Shown: in pieces, positions 28,984-37,704 of the stretch
How the letters are laid out: each line of letters opens with the position of its first letter
Position numbering within the stretch: the stretch's first letter is position 1
Source of the DNA: an archaeon
Lineage (GTDB): Archaea > Nanobdellota > Nanobdellia > SCGC-AAA011-G17 > PNOQ01
Direction: 5' to 3'
NCBI GenBank assembly: GCA_018671245.1
Contig: JABHIB010000001.1
Coordinates: 31,888-95,887, forward strand
Length of the DNA stretch: 64,000 nt
Translations under genes and position numbers: made by a program
Notes under the pieces: generated by a model
The model's input: only the letters and a program-made list of their open reading frames with translations
Told to the model about the DNA's origin: nothing
The model's database searches: none

Positions 28984-29095
28984 AACTTAGAAATGACAAC
29001 AAAATTAAAAGTTCCCAATCATCCAAAAACTTTATAAATCATCCAGAAACTAAACATACTACCCAATATCACTACGTTCAGTAGGAGGGAGCTAA

Positions 29096-29833
29096 ATGGA
29101 AAAAAATATTATATTAGATTCAATAAAGAAAGTAAGAGAGATTTCTAGAAAAAGGAAGTTTGATCAAACATTTGACATAAGTATAAATCTTAAACAATTA
29201 AATATAAAGAATCCAGAAGAAAATGTGGACTTATTCTTACAACTTGATAGACCAAAACTAAAGATGCCAAAAATCTGTGCATTAGTAGATAAGAATCTTA
29301 GTACTAAAGCAAAGATCTTCGATAAAGTTATACTTCAAGAAGAGTTCCAAAGATTCAAGAAAGATAAAAAAGCAACAAAGAAATTAGCTTCAGAATATGA
29401 TTATTTCGTAGCTCAAGTAAATCTGATGCCAGAGGTAGCAGCAACATTCGGTAGAGTTCTTGGACCAAAAGGAAAGATGCCAAATCCAAAAGCAGGATGT
29501 GTTGTTCCACCAACAATAGATTTAGAGCCTATCAAGAATAAACTTGCAGGTTTAGTAAGATTAAATACTAAAGATCAATTAGTGGTTAAAGCACCAGTAG
29601 GTTCAGAATCAATGACAGATGAAGAAATCGCGTCAAACATAGAGATAGTACACAGTTCACTTGTAACATCATTACCAAGACAGGAACAAAATATAAAATC
29701 AACATACTTAAAATTAACAATGAGTCCTTCTGTTCAACTAACAGATAAGGGAGTTATTGTAACTAATCCTGTGGAAAAAAAAGAAGTAGAAAAACCTGCT
29801 AAGAAACTAAAGGAGGCTAAGAAAGATGAGTGA
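29096..29833 (+). CDS. rpl1: 50S ribosomal protein L1 (uL1)
   Basis: 245 aa. Conserved L1 core (GRVLGPKGKMPNPKAG). Confidence 0.85.
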   Translation: MEKNIILDSIKKVREISRKRKFDQTFDISINLKQLNIKNPEENVDLFLQLDRPKLKMPKICALVDKNLSTKAKIFDKVILQEEFQRFKKDKKATKKLASEYDYFVAQVNLMPEVAATFGRVLGPKGKMPNPKAGCVVPPTIDLEPIKNKLAGLVRLNTKDQLVVKAPVGSESMTDEEIASNIEIVHSSLVTSLPRQEQNIKSTYLKLTMSPSVQLTDKGVIVTNPVEKKEVEKPAKKLKEAKKDE

Positions 29834-30965
29834 GTTCAAGGCACATGTTTCAGAAGCAAAGAAAAAAAGTCTAATAGAGACAAAGAAACTATTAGAAGAT
29901 AATTCTGTAGTTGGAATAATCGATTTGAATAATCTTCCATCTCCACAGTTTCAAAAAATCAAATTCAAACTAAAAGATAAATTAAAAGTTATAGTAATGA
30001 AGAAAAGCATACTAAAACTAGCAATTAAAGAATTAGAATCAAAGAAAAAAGGAATCTCTGGATTAGATAAACTAACTGAAGAGAGTATTCCTGCTTTGTT
30101 AATTTCAGAAGAAGATCCATTTAAGATTGCAAAAGCTTTAGATAAGAATAAAACAAAAGCTCCTGCAAAACCTGGACAAATAACTCCTAGAGAAATTGTT
30201 ATTCCAGCAGGACCAACTGCATTCCCAGCAGGACCAATAATTGGAGAATTAGGTCAATTAGGAATAAAAGCTGGAATCGAAGATGGAAAAGTAATAATCC
30301 AAGAAGATAAAGTACTTCTAAAAGCTGGAGACGAAGTTGATCAAAAAAAATCAGATTTATTAGCTAAATTCAAAATAGAACCAATCGAGATAGGATTAAA
30401 TATTGTTGGAATATACCAGAATGGGACAGTATTCGGAAGGGAAGTATTAACAGTTAGTGAAGAAGAATACAAACAAAATATAACTCAGGCGGCTACAGAA
30501 GCGATTAATTTGGCAGTATTTTCCGTTTATCCTTCAAAGGATATAATAGAATTATTGATAAAGAAAGCAGAATCTGATAGCTTAGCTTTAGAAAGTTCTC
30601 AAAAATTACTTGAGAAGATTGGTTCAGATGAAGTTCCTAAGGAAGAACCTAAGGAAGAACTTAAGGAAGAACCTAAGGAAGAACCTAAAGAGGAACCTAA
30701 GGAAGAACCTAAGGAAGAACCTAAAGAGGAACCTAAGGAAGAACCTAAGGAAGAACTTAAAGAGGAACCTAAGGAAGAAACATCACAGTCAGAAAATCAA
30801 GAAGCACCGCAGGAAACTGCAAAAGAAGTACCTGACAATTCTGAGGAATCAAAAGAATCTGATTCGGAACCGGATGCCCTAGAAGGGTATTCAAAAGAAG
30901 AAGAGAAAAGAGCACAAGAAGTAATAACTCAGATGAAAGATAAAGATATTATTGGAGGAAAATAA
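29826..30965 (+). CDS. rpl10: 50S ribosomal stalk protein P0 (uL10) with an extended (EEPK)n repeat tail
   Basis: 379 aa. N-terminal L10/P0 domain. 11-12 tandem EEPK/EELK units before the acidic stalk terminus. Confidence 0.85.
   Translation: MSEFKAHVSEAKKKSLIETKKLLEDNSVVGIIDLNNLPSPQFQKIKFKLKDKLKVIVMKKSILKLAIKELESKKKGISGLDKLTEESIPALLISEEDPFKIAKALDKNKTKAPAKPGQITPREIVIPAGPTAFPAGPIIGELGQLGIKAGIEDGKVIIQEDKVLLKAGDEVDQKKSDLLAKFKIEPIEIGLNIVGIYQNGTVFGREVLTVSEEEYKQNITQAATEAINLAVFSVYPSKDIIELLIKKAESDSLALESSQKLLEKIGSDEVPKEEPKEELKEEPKEEPKEEPKEEPKEEPKEEPKEEPKEELKEEPKEETSQSENQEAPQETAKEVPDNSEESKESDSEPDALEGYSKEEEKRAQEVITQMKDKDIIGGK
30636..30780 (+). repeat. 12-bp tandem coding repeat (gaacctaaggaa)n encoding EEPK, inside rpl10
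   Basis: About 12 near-identical units seen directly in the sequence. It generates the artefactual RKNL-repeat shadow ORF 30610..30882. Confidence 0.8.
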
Positions 30966-31275
30966 GATGGAATTAATTTACGCAGCATTATTATTGCATA
31001 AGGCAGGAAAAGAAGTTAACGAAGGATCTGTAAAAAAGGTTCTTGAAGCAGCTGGCGCTACAGTGGATGAAACTAAAGTGAAAGCTTTGGTTGCAGCACT
31101 AGATGGTGTAGATATAGAACAAGCTATCAAAGAAGCCGCAGTTACGCCTGTTTCCGCAGCTCCTAGCTCTGATGGAAAAGCAGAAGAATCCAAAGAAGAA
31201 GCTAAAGAAGAGGAAGCTAAGGAAGAGAAAAAGAAAGAAGAAGCTGCAGCCGGACTAGGATCACTATTCGGCTAA
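30952..31275 (+). CDS. rpl12: 50S ribosomal stalk protein P1 (aL12)
   Basis: 107 aa. MELIYAALLLH N-terminus, Ala/Glu/Lys-rich hinge, C-terminal GLGSLFG. The start may be the Met at 30967. Confidence 0.8.
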   Translation: MEENKMELIYAALLLHKAGKEVNEGSVKKVLEAAGATVDETKVKALVAALDGVDIEQAIKEAAVTPVSAAPSSDGKAEESKEEAKEEEAKEEKKKEEAAAGLGSLFG

Positions 31276-31302
31276 ACTTCTTTTTTTATTTTTATTCTAT
31301 AG

Positions 31303-32196
31303 TTGCAAATGGTAGAAAAGAAAGACGACAAAAAGAAATCGAAAGATATCAAATCCGATATTTCGAGTATTCGGAAAGATCTCAACAGATTGAATGTAGA
31401 GAAAGAGAAATGGTTTGCTAAGAAAGAAAAGCAAAAGAAAGAGCTTGGCGAATTAATAAAGAAAATTAAAGGTTTGAAAGTTTCTAAAGACCAGACTGCA
31501 CTAGAGATAAAAACACTAAAAGAACAAAGAGACAAGTATAACGATGAAGTACAAGGGTTAATAGAATCATACAAAAAACTCTCAGAGAAAAAGAAAGAAT
31601 TCTTAGATAAAACAAATATTGATCAAGATCCAAGTATTATAGTTTCACAGATAGAAAAGATTGAAAGTAAGATAGAAACAGAAGCATTACCTTTCAAGAA
31701 AGAACAATCTTTAATGAAGCAATTAAAGAAATTAAGATCTGTACTATTAAAAACTGCAGGAATCAGAGAAGTTATAGATGCAATTAAAAAAATATCAGAA
31801 GAAATAACTCAAGCAAAAGATACTGCACAAGGATTCCATGAGAAATTAAAGAAAGCATTCATCAAAAATAAAGATGGGTATTCTGAGTTCATGAAGTTAA
31901 CTAAAAAAATTACAGATTTAAAGAAAGAACAAGAAGAATCCTTCAGTAAATTTATAGATGCAAAAAAAGAGTTTGCAAAAGTAAATGACCTTCTAAAAGA
32001 GAGATTAATGGACTCTAACAAATATCGGAAAAAGTCTGATATGGTAAGAGGAGAGAAAAAGAGAAAAGAGAAGGAAAGGATTAAGGAAGAACTTGATAGA
32101 AGGACAAAACAGGTGGAAGAGAAGCTCAAAACAAAGAAGAAGCTAACAACTGAAGATTTATTAGTATTCCAGAATCAAGATGATAACAATCGCTAA
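31303..32196 (+). CDS. K/E-rich coiled-coil protein
   Basis: 297 aa, almost entirely heptad-compatible charged sequence. No enzymatic motif. Confidence 0.35.
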   Translation: MQMVEKKDDKKKSKDIKSDISSIRKDLNRLNVEKEKWFAKKEKQKKELGELIKKIKGLKVSKDQTALEIKTLKEQRDKYNDEVQGLIESYKKLSEKKKEFLDKTNIDQDPSIIVSQIEKIESKIETEALPFKKEQSLMKQLKKLRSVLLKTAGIREVIDAIKKISEEITQAKDTAQGFHEKLKKAFIKNKDGYSEFMKLTKKITDLKKEQEESFSKFIDAKKEFAKVNDLLKERLMDSNKYRKKSDMVRGEKKRKEKERIKEELDRRTKQVEEKLKTKKKLTTEDLLVFQNQDDNNR

Positions 32197-32623
32197 ACTT
32201 ATTTTTCTAAGCATATTACCTATTTCAGAATTAAGAGGAGCAATAATTTATTCAAAAATAATTGGGATGGATCCTCTACTATCATTTTTTATAGCAACAC
32301 TAGCTAACATAGCAATAGTGCCATTCATTTTCTTCTTCTTAGATTATTTACATCATTTTTTCTTAAGGGCAAGATTTTACAAAAGAATATTCTATTTCCA
32401 AGTAAGAAGAACAACAAAAAAAATAGAAAAACATATCGGAACGAAATGGGAACTGCCTGCACTTTACTTATTAGTTGCAATACCCCTACCATTTACAGGA
32501 GCATATACTGGAGTTTTGGCAGCATGGATATTCAAGATTAAAAGAAAAAAAGCACTTTTAGCAATTGTACTTGGAGTGATAACTGCAGGGATTTTACTAT
32601 CTTCTGGACTTTCTCTTATCTAA
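32180..32623 (+). CDS. small integral membrane protein (COG2426-like)
   Basis: 147 aa, 4 TM helices. Confidence 0.35.
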   Translation: MITIAKLIFLSILPISELRGAIIYSKIIGMDPLLSFFIATLANIAIVPFIFFFLDYLHHFFLRARFYKRIFYFQVRRTTKKIEKHIGTKWELPALYLLVAIPLPFTGAYTGVLAAWIFKIKRKKALLAIVLGVITAGILLSSGLSLI

Positions 32624-33187
32624 ATTGATATGTTTTTTCAATTCTTTAATATCACTATAACCTGGAATATTTCTAATTTTAAATTTCCAAACTAAAAATA
32701 TCCAAACTAATGCAACATAAATAGTTGAAATAAATCTCCAAAAGATCATATGAATAGCATCAAACCAAATCTTACCGAACTTCAGGGATGCAAGAATTAA
32801 CAAATCAATTCTAAATATGTTCATTAAAAGAATTAACAAACTGCCTAACAACATCATATTCATTCCTTTAATAAATCTAATGTCCTTTGTCGATATAATA
32901 AGTATGAATAACAGAAAATATGCAGAACTAGCTATGCACGCATGGACAAATTCAAAAGATTGCATTCCTGCAGAAATTGTATTGGCACCAACATTTAATC
33001 CTGACTCAAAGAGTGATAAAGAAAAATAACTTCCCCAAATTGTTAAGGGTCGGAAACTTTCATAGAATATAACATTATAGAATATCATTGCAAAAATTGC
33101 TAAAACTAATCTAAACACAAGTTTCCTTTCATATTCCATACATTTGTAAATTGTTTTTAACTTATAATAATTTCTAACAAAATTCAT
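32597..33187 (-). CDS. polytopic membrane protein, possible archaeosortase/exosortase-family transpeptidase
   Basis: 196 aa, 5-6 TM. Conserved Cys (VHACIASS) followed about 42 aa later by Arg (NIFRIDL) and a second Arg (FWRFIS), resembling the Cys/Arg active-site spacing of ArtA. Inference only. Confidence 0.25.
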   Translation of the reverse strand: MNFVRNYYKLKTIYKCMEYERKLVFRLVLAIFAMIFYNVIFYESFRPLTIWGSYFSLSLFESGLNVGANTISAGMQSFEFVHACIASSAYFLLFILIISTKDIRFIKGMNMMLLGSLLILLMNIFRIDLLILASLKFGKIWFDAIHMIFWRFISTIYVALVWIFLVWKFKIRNIPGYSDIKELKKHINLDKRKSRR

Positions 33188-33274
33188 TATACAAATGCCT
33201 ATAACTTAGAAGGAGTTAGATTTAACCCATAATAGTAGTTAATTTTATAAATTCCTTAAACAATTTCATATTTT

Positions 33275-33850
33275 ATGAAAAGAGGTCATATAATTCCATT
33301 TGTAATACTGAAGATAGCGTTACTAATAAGTTTCTTATTTGATAATCAGATTCTAACTTTTGTTTTAAAACTAAGGAATGAACAACTATCTACTTTTATG
33401 ATATCTTTAGAAATGTTTAGTGCAGAATTAATAGTTTTTGCAGTTTCATTATTATTTTTTTCAACTAGAAATAAAAGAAAATTGATAGTTCCTCTAGTTG
33501 CAAGTTTTGCAACAGCGGCGATAATAACTCTAGGTCTAAAATATTTAATAGCAAGGCCGAGACCAATGGTAGATGCACTTACCTCTCCATCAACTTTCTC
33601 ATTTCCTAGCGGACACGCAACATTTATTTTTGCACCATTAGCCTTTTTTAACAAAGAATATCCTATTTTCAAATGGATATGGTTGATTATAGCAATAGTT
33701 GTAGCATTTAGTAGAGTTTACTTAGGAGTACACTACCTTAGCGATGTAATCTGTGGGGCAATAATTGGATTTGGAAGCGGAAATTTTTATATATATTTAG
33801 AATCAAAATATAAACTATCAAAAAAACTTAGAAAGGTGATTAAGAGATGA
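33275..33850 (+). CDS. PAP2-family lipid phosphatase (phosphatidic acid / polyprenyl-PP phosphatase)
   Basis: 191 aa. KxxxxxxRP (IARPRP), PSGH (SFPSGHAT) and SRxxxxxHxxxD (SRVYLGVHYLSDV) PAP2 motifs. Confidence 0.7.
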   Translation: MKRGHIIPFVILKIALLISFLFDNQILTFVLKLRNEQLSTFMISLEMFSAELIVFAVSLLFFSTRNKRKLIVPLVASFATAAIITLGLKYLIARPRPMVDALTSPSTFSFPSGHATFIFAPLAFFNKEYPIFKWIWLIIAIVVAFSRVYLGVHYLSDVICGAIIGFGSGNFYIYLESKYKLSKKLRKVIKR

Positions 33851-34455
33851 TACAAACCTACTGGCAAGTTGTTGTAGAATCAACTCCCATAATAAAAGAT
33901 AGAATAATTGAGATAATTACCTCTCCTGTAAACAATCCTGAAATGTTATGGTTATTAGCGCCACTACTTCTAACTCTTTTTTTAATGGAACTTTATTTTG
34001 GAAGGTATAAAGAAGAAGAATTAGGATGGAATACTGCATTTGGTAATGTACTTGTTCTAATCTTTGTATCAGCATATCTCGCAAATCATATATATCAAAA
34101 CGCTTTGATAACTGATCCAATAAAAGTATCCATAGCTGCAACAGTAATATTTATGGGACTAATTCTCATGCTAATTGATTTTTTCCACCTACTACCTAAA
34201 AAGATAGCATTTCAGATATCTTCAAAACTTCCAATAAATTATATGGCATTTGTAGCAATAATCTTAGTTTATACAGATATAGCTATAGATAGATTCACAA
34301 CAATAGCATTTTCCTTAATCTTGATCGCCTTATCAATATTTATTGGACTAGTTCACATACTTATCCCAAAAGTTAGAGACAGGATTATGCCTCCTGCCCC
34401 AAAACCTACAAAAAATAAGAAAATAAGTGCTCCTGATTACAAAGAATCTACATAA
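33847..34455 (+). CDS. integral membrane protein (5-6 TM)
   Basis: 202 aa. Translationally coupled to the PAP2 gene (4-nt overlap). Confidence 0.35.
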   Translation: MIQTYWQVVVESTPIIKDRIIEIITSPVNNPEMLWLLAPLLLTLFLMELYFGRYKEEELGWNTAFGNVLVLIFVSAYLANHIYQNALITDPIKVSIAATVIFMGLILMLIDFFHLLPKKIAFQISSKLPINYMAFVAIILVYTDIAIDRFTTIAFSLILIALSIFIGLVHILIPKVRDRIMPPAPKPTKNKKISAPDYKEST

Positions 34456-34559
34456 TTAACTGAATTTTAAGCAATCGAAAGCTTTATTAAACTTTTTACA
34501 ACCCTACAATAACAACACATTTGAAATAATTATAATAATCTATGTGGGGAATGAAATAA

Positions 34560-36563
34560 ATGGATAAATCATACAAAATTATGAGTATTATGCTAGCACT
34601 ATTCTTATCTTTTAGTCTAGCTGCACCAGTTGCAGAAGCTAGTTTTATGGACGATATCTTAGGATTCTTAGGATTAGGCGGAGACCAAGAAAGAGAAGAA
34701 GATTTGATAAATTTTACAGTAGAAAATTTCACATTCGATGAAGATAGCCAATTCTCAGTTGATTTTAGTGATCACCTATATTACCAAAATCATGACATAA
34801 TCAGTATGACTAATGAAGGATCATCTAATATCTTAGTTTCATATAATTTTTCTGAGTCTTATGATGTAATTTTCAATGCCTCAGCTAATTGGAACGGAAA
34901 TGAGACAATAACTTTCACAGTCACATCATCCGAGAACATAATAGATTCAGATAGTATTTTAATTATTGTAAATCCAATTAATGATATCCCGGTCGCATAT
35001 AATTTATCAGTAACAACTCAAGAAGATACTCCTATACCAATCACATTAAATGCAACAGATGAAGATGAAGATGCATTGACTTATTCAGTGGAATCTAATG
35101 CAACAAATGGAACAATTTCACTAAATGGGAATGTAGCAACATACACTCCAAATGGAGATTTTGTTGGTTTTGATTCATTTAATTACATGGCAAGCGATAA
35201 TTCCAATTCTTCAAACATTGCAACAGTAACAATTAATGTAACAGAAGTTATTGATGTAGGCTTTGATGCAACATCAGATTTCTCAGATTCAGACCTTTAT
35301 CTTGGAGATGAAGTTGCGGGAAATATAACTATTGTAAATACTGGTGATACTACACAGACTTTCACAATTACCCAAGAAGCAAAAGATGATGGGGAAAGTA
35401 GTGGTATTACTTTAACAATTTCAGAAACTCAAGATTTAGAAAACATAGAATCTGGAGAGTCTGTAGAAGTATCGTACACATATAGTATCTCAAGTACGCA
35501 AGATATAATTTTTGAGGAAGATATGGGATACACAGTAACAATATCTGATGGTATATCTGCAAAAGACTTAGATTTCACTTCAAAAATAAAAAGTCATCTT
35601 TTTGATTTAGATAATTTCGAGATAGATCCTGAAGATGATTTGAATCCTGGAGATTCTTTTGAAATCAAAATGGATATAGAAAACCTCCAAAACTTCGATG
35701 TTGATGATGTTGAAGTAAGAGTAACTATTATCAATATGGAAGAAGATGGAGATGACTTAGAGATAACAAATGAATTCAATCTTGATGATGATGAAATAAG
35801 AGATAATGAAGAATTCAATTTTAGAGTTCCATATAATGTAGATGAAACTCCGAATGCAGATGATAGATATTCTGTTGAAGTCTACATCACAGGGCGTCCT
35901 GATGACGATGATTCATATCATGATGAGAGAAAAGTTAAATTTTTGTTTAATGAAAAAATAGAAGTAGTAAAGGAAGATGATGATGAAGTCTCCATAACTT
36001 CTTTCGATATAGCTCCTCTAGATCCACAATGTGGAAGTCAGATGACAATAATTACAACTGCTGTAAATACTGGTGCTGATGATCAGAGAGAAATGTATTT
36101 GAAATTAACTGTTAATGAGTTGAATATAATTGAAACTTCACATCCTTTTGAGTTAGATTCAGATAATGATGATGACAGAGAAAGAGAAGAAATGTTCACA
36201 TTCACAATTCCTGGAAATGCTACAAGTGGAGATTATGTAGTAAAAATCTGGGCTTATGATAAGAATGATAATTTGCTAGGATATGATTCAAAGACAATGA
36301 GTGTCGCAGGAAACTGTGGACCTTCAACTGATGATGATTCAAACAACACAGATGATGATGACACCAACAATGACTTAGGATCTTATGATTTACAAGGTGC
36401 AGACGGATCATGGCCATTTTCATTCATAACAGGTGCAGCAATCAGTGACTTGTTCGGAGCTAACGGATTAAAAACAACTTTCTGGTTATTGGGAGTTTTA
36501 GCATTAATAATAATAAATATATACTTTATATTATTGCTAAGAAGAACTTCAATAAAGGGATAA
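34560..36563 (+). CDS. secreted Asp-rich cell-surface protein with cadherin-like (tandem-95-type) domain and C-terminal TM + RR sorting-type anchor
   Basis: 667 aa. Signal peptide MSIMLALFLSFSLAAPVAEA. NDIPVAYNLSVTTQEDTP...LNATDEDEDALTYSV...NGT...ATYTPNGDFVGFDSFNYMASD...ATVTINVTEV matches the bacterial cadherin-like repeat. Many N-x-S/T sequons. D/E-rich beta segments. Terminal hydrophobic helix then LLRRTSIKG. Confidence 0.55.
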   Translation: MDKSYKIMSIMLALFLSFSLAAPVAEASFMDDILGFLGLGGDQEREEDLINFTVENFTFDEDSQFSVDFSDHLYYQNHDIISMTNEGSSNILVSYNFSESYDVIFNASANWNGNETITFTVTSSENIIDSDSILIIVNPINDIPVAYNLSVTTQEDTPIPITLNATDEDEDALTYSVESNATNGTISLNGNVATYTPNGDFVGFDSFNYMASDNSNSSNIATVTINVTEVIDVGFDATSDFSDSDLYLGDEVAGNITIVNTGDTTQTFTITQEAKDDGESSGITLTISETQDLENIESGESVEVSYTYSISSTQDIIFEEDMGYTVTISDGISAKDLDFTSKIKSHLFDLDNFEIDPEDDLNPGDSFEIKMDIENLQNFDVDDVEVRVTIINMEEDGDDLEITNEFNLDDDEIRDNEEFNFRVPYNVDETPNADDRYSVEVYITGRPDDDDSYHDERKVKFLFNEKIEVVKEDDDEVSITSFDIAPLDPQCGSQMTIITTAVNTGADDQREMYLKLTVNELNIIETSHPFELDSDNDDDREREEMFTFTIPGNATSGDYVVKIWAYDKNDNLLGYDSKTMSVAGNCGPSTDDDSNNTDDDDTNNDLGSYDLQGADGSWPFSFITGAAISDLFGANGLKTTFWLLGVLALIIINIYFILLLRRTSIKG

Positions 36564-36595
36564 CTTTTTAATCTCTTTTTTTTCTTTTTCTTTTT

Positions 36596-37432
36596 ATGGA
36601 TTTAATATCAGAAGCTAATTGGATTTCTAGAATAGAGAGTATCAAAGAAATAAAAACAAAACCCTCTAAAAAACAACTTAAAGATTCAATAATAGAATCT
36701 ATCAAGAACCAAGCAAAAGATAATAATGCAGTTTTATTCTCTGGAGGGATAGACTCAACACTAATAGCATTCATTCTAAAAAAACTAAATAAAAATTTCA
36801 CATGCTATGCAATAGGGATAGAAAATTCAAAAGATTTGAAAGCTGCGGAAGAAATCGCAACAACATTAGGTTTCAAATTAAAATCAAAAATAATCTCTCT
36901 AGATGAAGTAGAACTTTATCTAAAGAAAACAATCAAAATACTAAAAGAAAGAGATCCAGTAAAACTAAGCATAGGTACAGTAATCCATATTGCAGCAGAT
37001 CTAGCTAAACAAGATAGCCAATCAAACCTATTTTCAGGCCTAGGGGCGGAAGAATTATTTGTAGGGTATAAGAGATACAGAACCTCTGAAAACCCTGAAA
37101 AAGAGTGTTGGAATGGGCTTAAAACAACCTGGAAAAGAGATCTAAGCAGAGATATACCTATAGCAAATAATCTAAATGTGAACATAAATGTTCCATTATT
37201 AAATGAAGAAGTAATAAAACAGGCAATGGCATTTCCAATCAAAGAAAAATTCAACAATGAACAAGATAAAATAATTCTTAGAGAACTAGCAATCGATCTA
37301 GGAATTCCTATTGAGTTTGCAAATAGAAAAAAAATAGCTGCACAATACGGTTCAGGTATAGATAAAGCAATTACAAAGCTAGCTAAAAAGAACGGTTTTA
37401 AGCTAAAAAGGGACTACATAAATAAATTATAA
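36596..37432 (+). CDS. PP-loop superfamily ATP pyrophosphatase (asparagine-synthetase-domain/QueC/TilS-like)
   Basis: 278 aa. VLFSGGIDSTLIAF SGGxDS P-loop. Confidence 0.5.
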   Translation: MDLISEANWISRIESIKEIKTKPSKKQLKDSIIESIKNQAKDNNAVLFSGGIDSTLIAFILKKLNKNFTCYAIGIENSKDLKAAEEIATTLGFKLKSKIISLDEVELYLKKTIKILKERDPVKLSIGTVIHIAADLAKQDSQSNLFSGLGAEELFVGYKRYRTSENPEKECWNGLKTTWKRDLSRDIPIANNLNVNINVPLLNEEVIKQAMAFPIKEKFNNEQDKIILRELAIDLGIPIEFANRKKIAAQYGSGIDKAITKLAKKNGFKLKRDYINKL

Positions 37433-37502
37433 GGGCCCACTGGGAATCGAACCCAGGATCCGAGGGCTGCAACCTCGTGCCTTACCGCTTGGCCATGGAC
37501 CC
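37432..37502 (-). tRNA. tRNA-Cys (anticodon GCA)
   Basis: Hand fold: acceptor GGGTCCA/TGGGCCC, anticodon stem CGAGG/CCTCG with loop TTGCAGC, T-arm CTGGG-TTCGATT-CCCAG, discriminator U (typical for tRNA-Cys). Confidence 0.8.
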
Positions 37503-37505
37503 AAA

Positions 37506-37580
37506 CGGACCTGCAGGGATTTGAACCCTGGATCTTCAGCTTAGAAGGCTGACGCCTTATCCAGACTAGGCTACAGGTCC
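37506..37580 (-). tRNA. tRNA-Arg (anticodon TCT)
   Basis: Hand fold: acceptor GGACCTG/CAGGTCC, anticodon stem TCAGC/GCTGA with loop CTTCTAA, T-arm CAGGG-TTCAAAT-CCCTG. Confidence 0.8.
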
Positions 37581-37704
37581 ATCAAATTTTAGAATCATTT
37601 TTGTTTTATAAAAGTTACTAAATCAGATAAACCCTACTAATCAATTCGAAGCACTTAAAAATAACTAGAGCTTATCAAATTACGAGCTTGGCAACAAATT
37701 AGGG

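Noticed and set aside
30610-30882. 90-aa ORF with RKNLRKNL repeats
   Set aside because: Alternate-frame read-through of the (EEPK)n 12-bp repeat inside rpl10. Not an independent gene.
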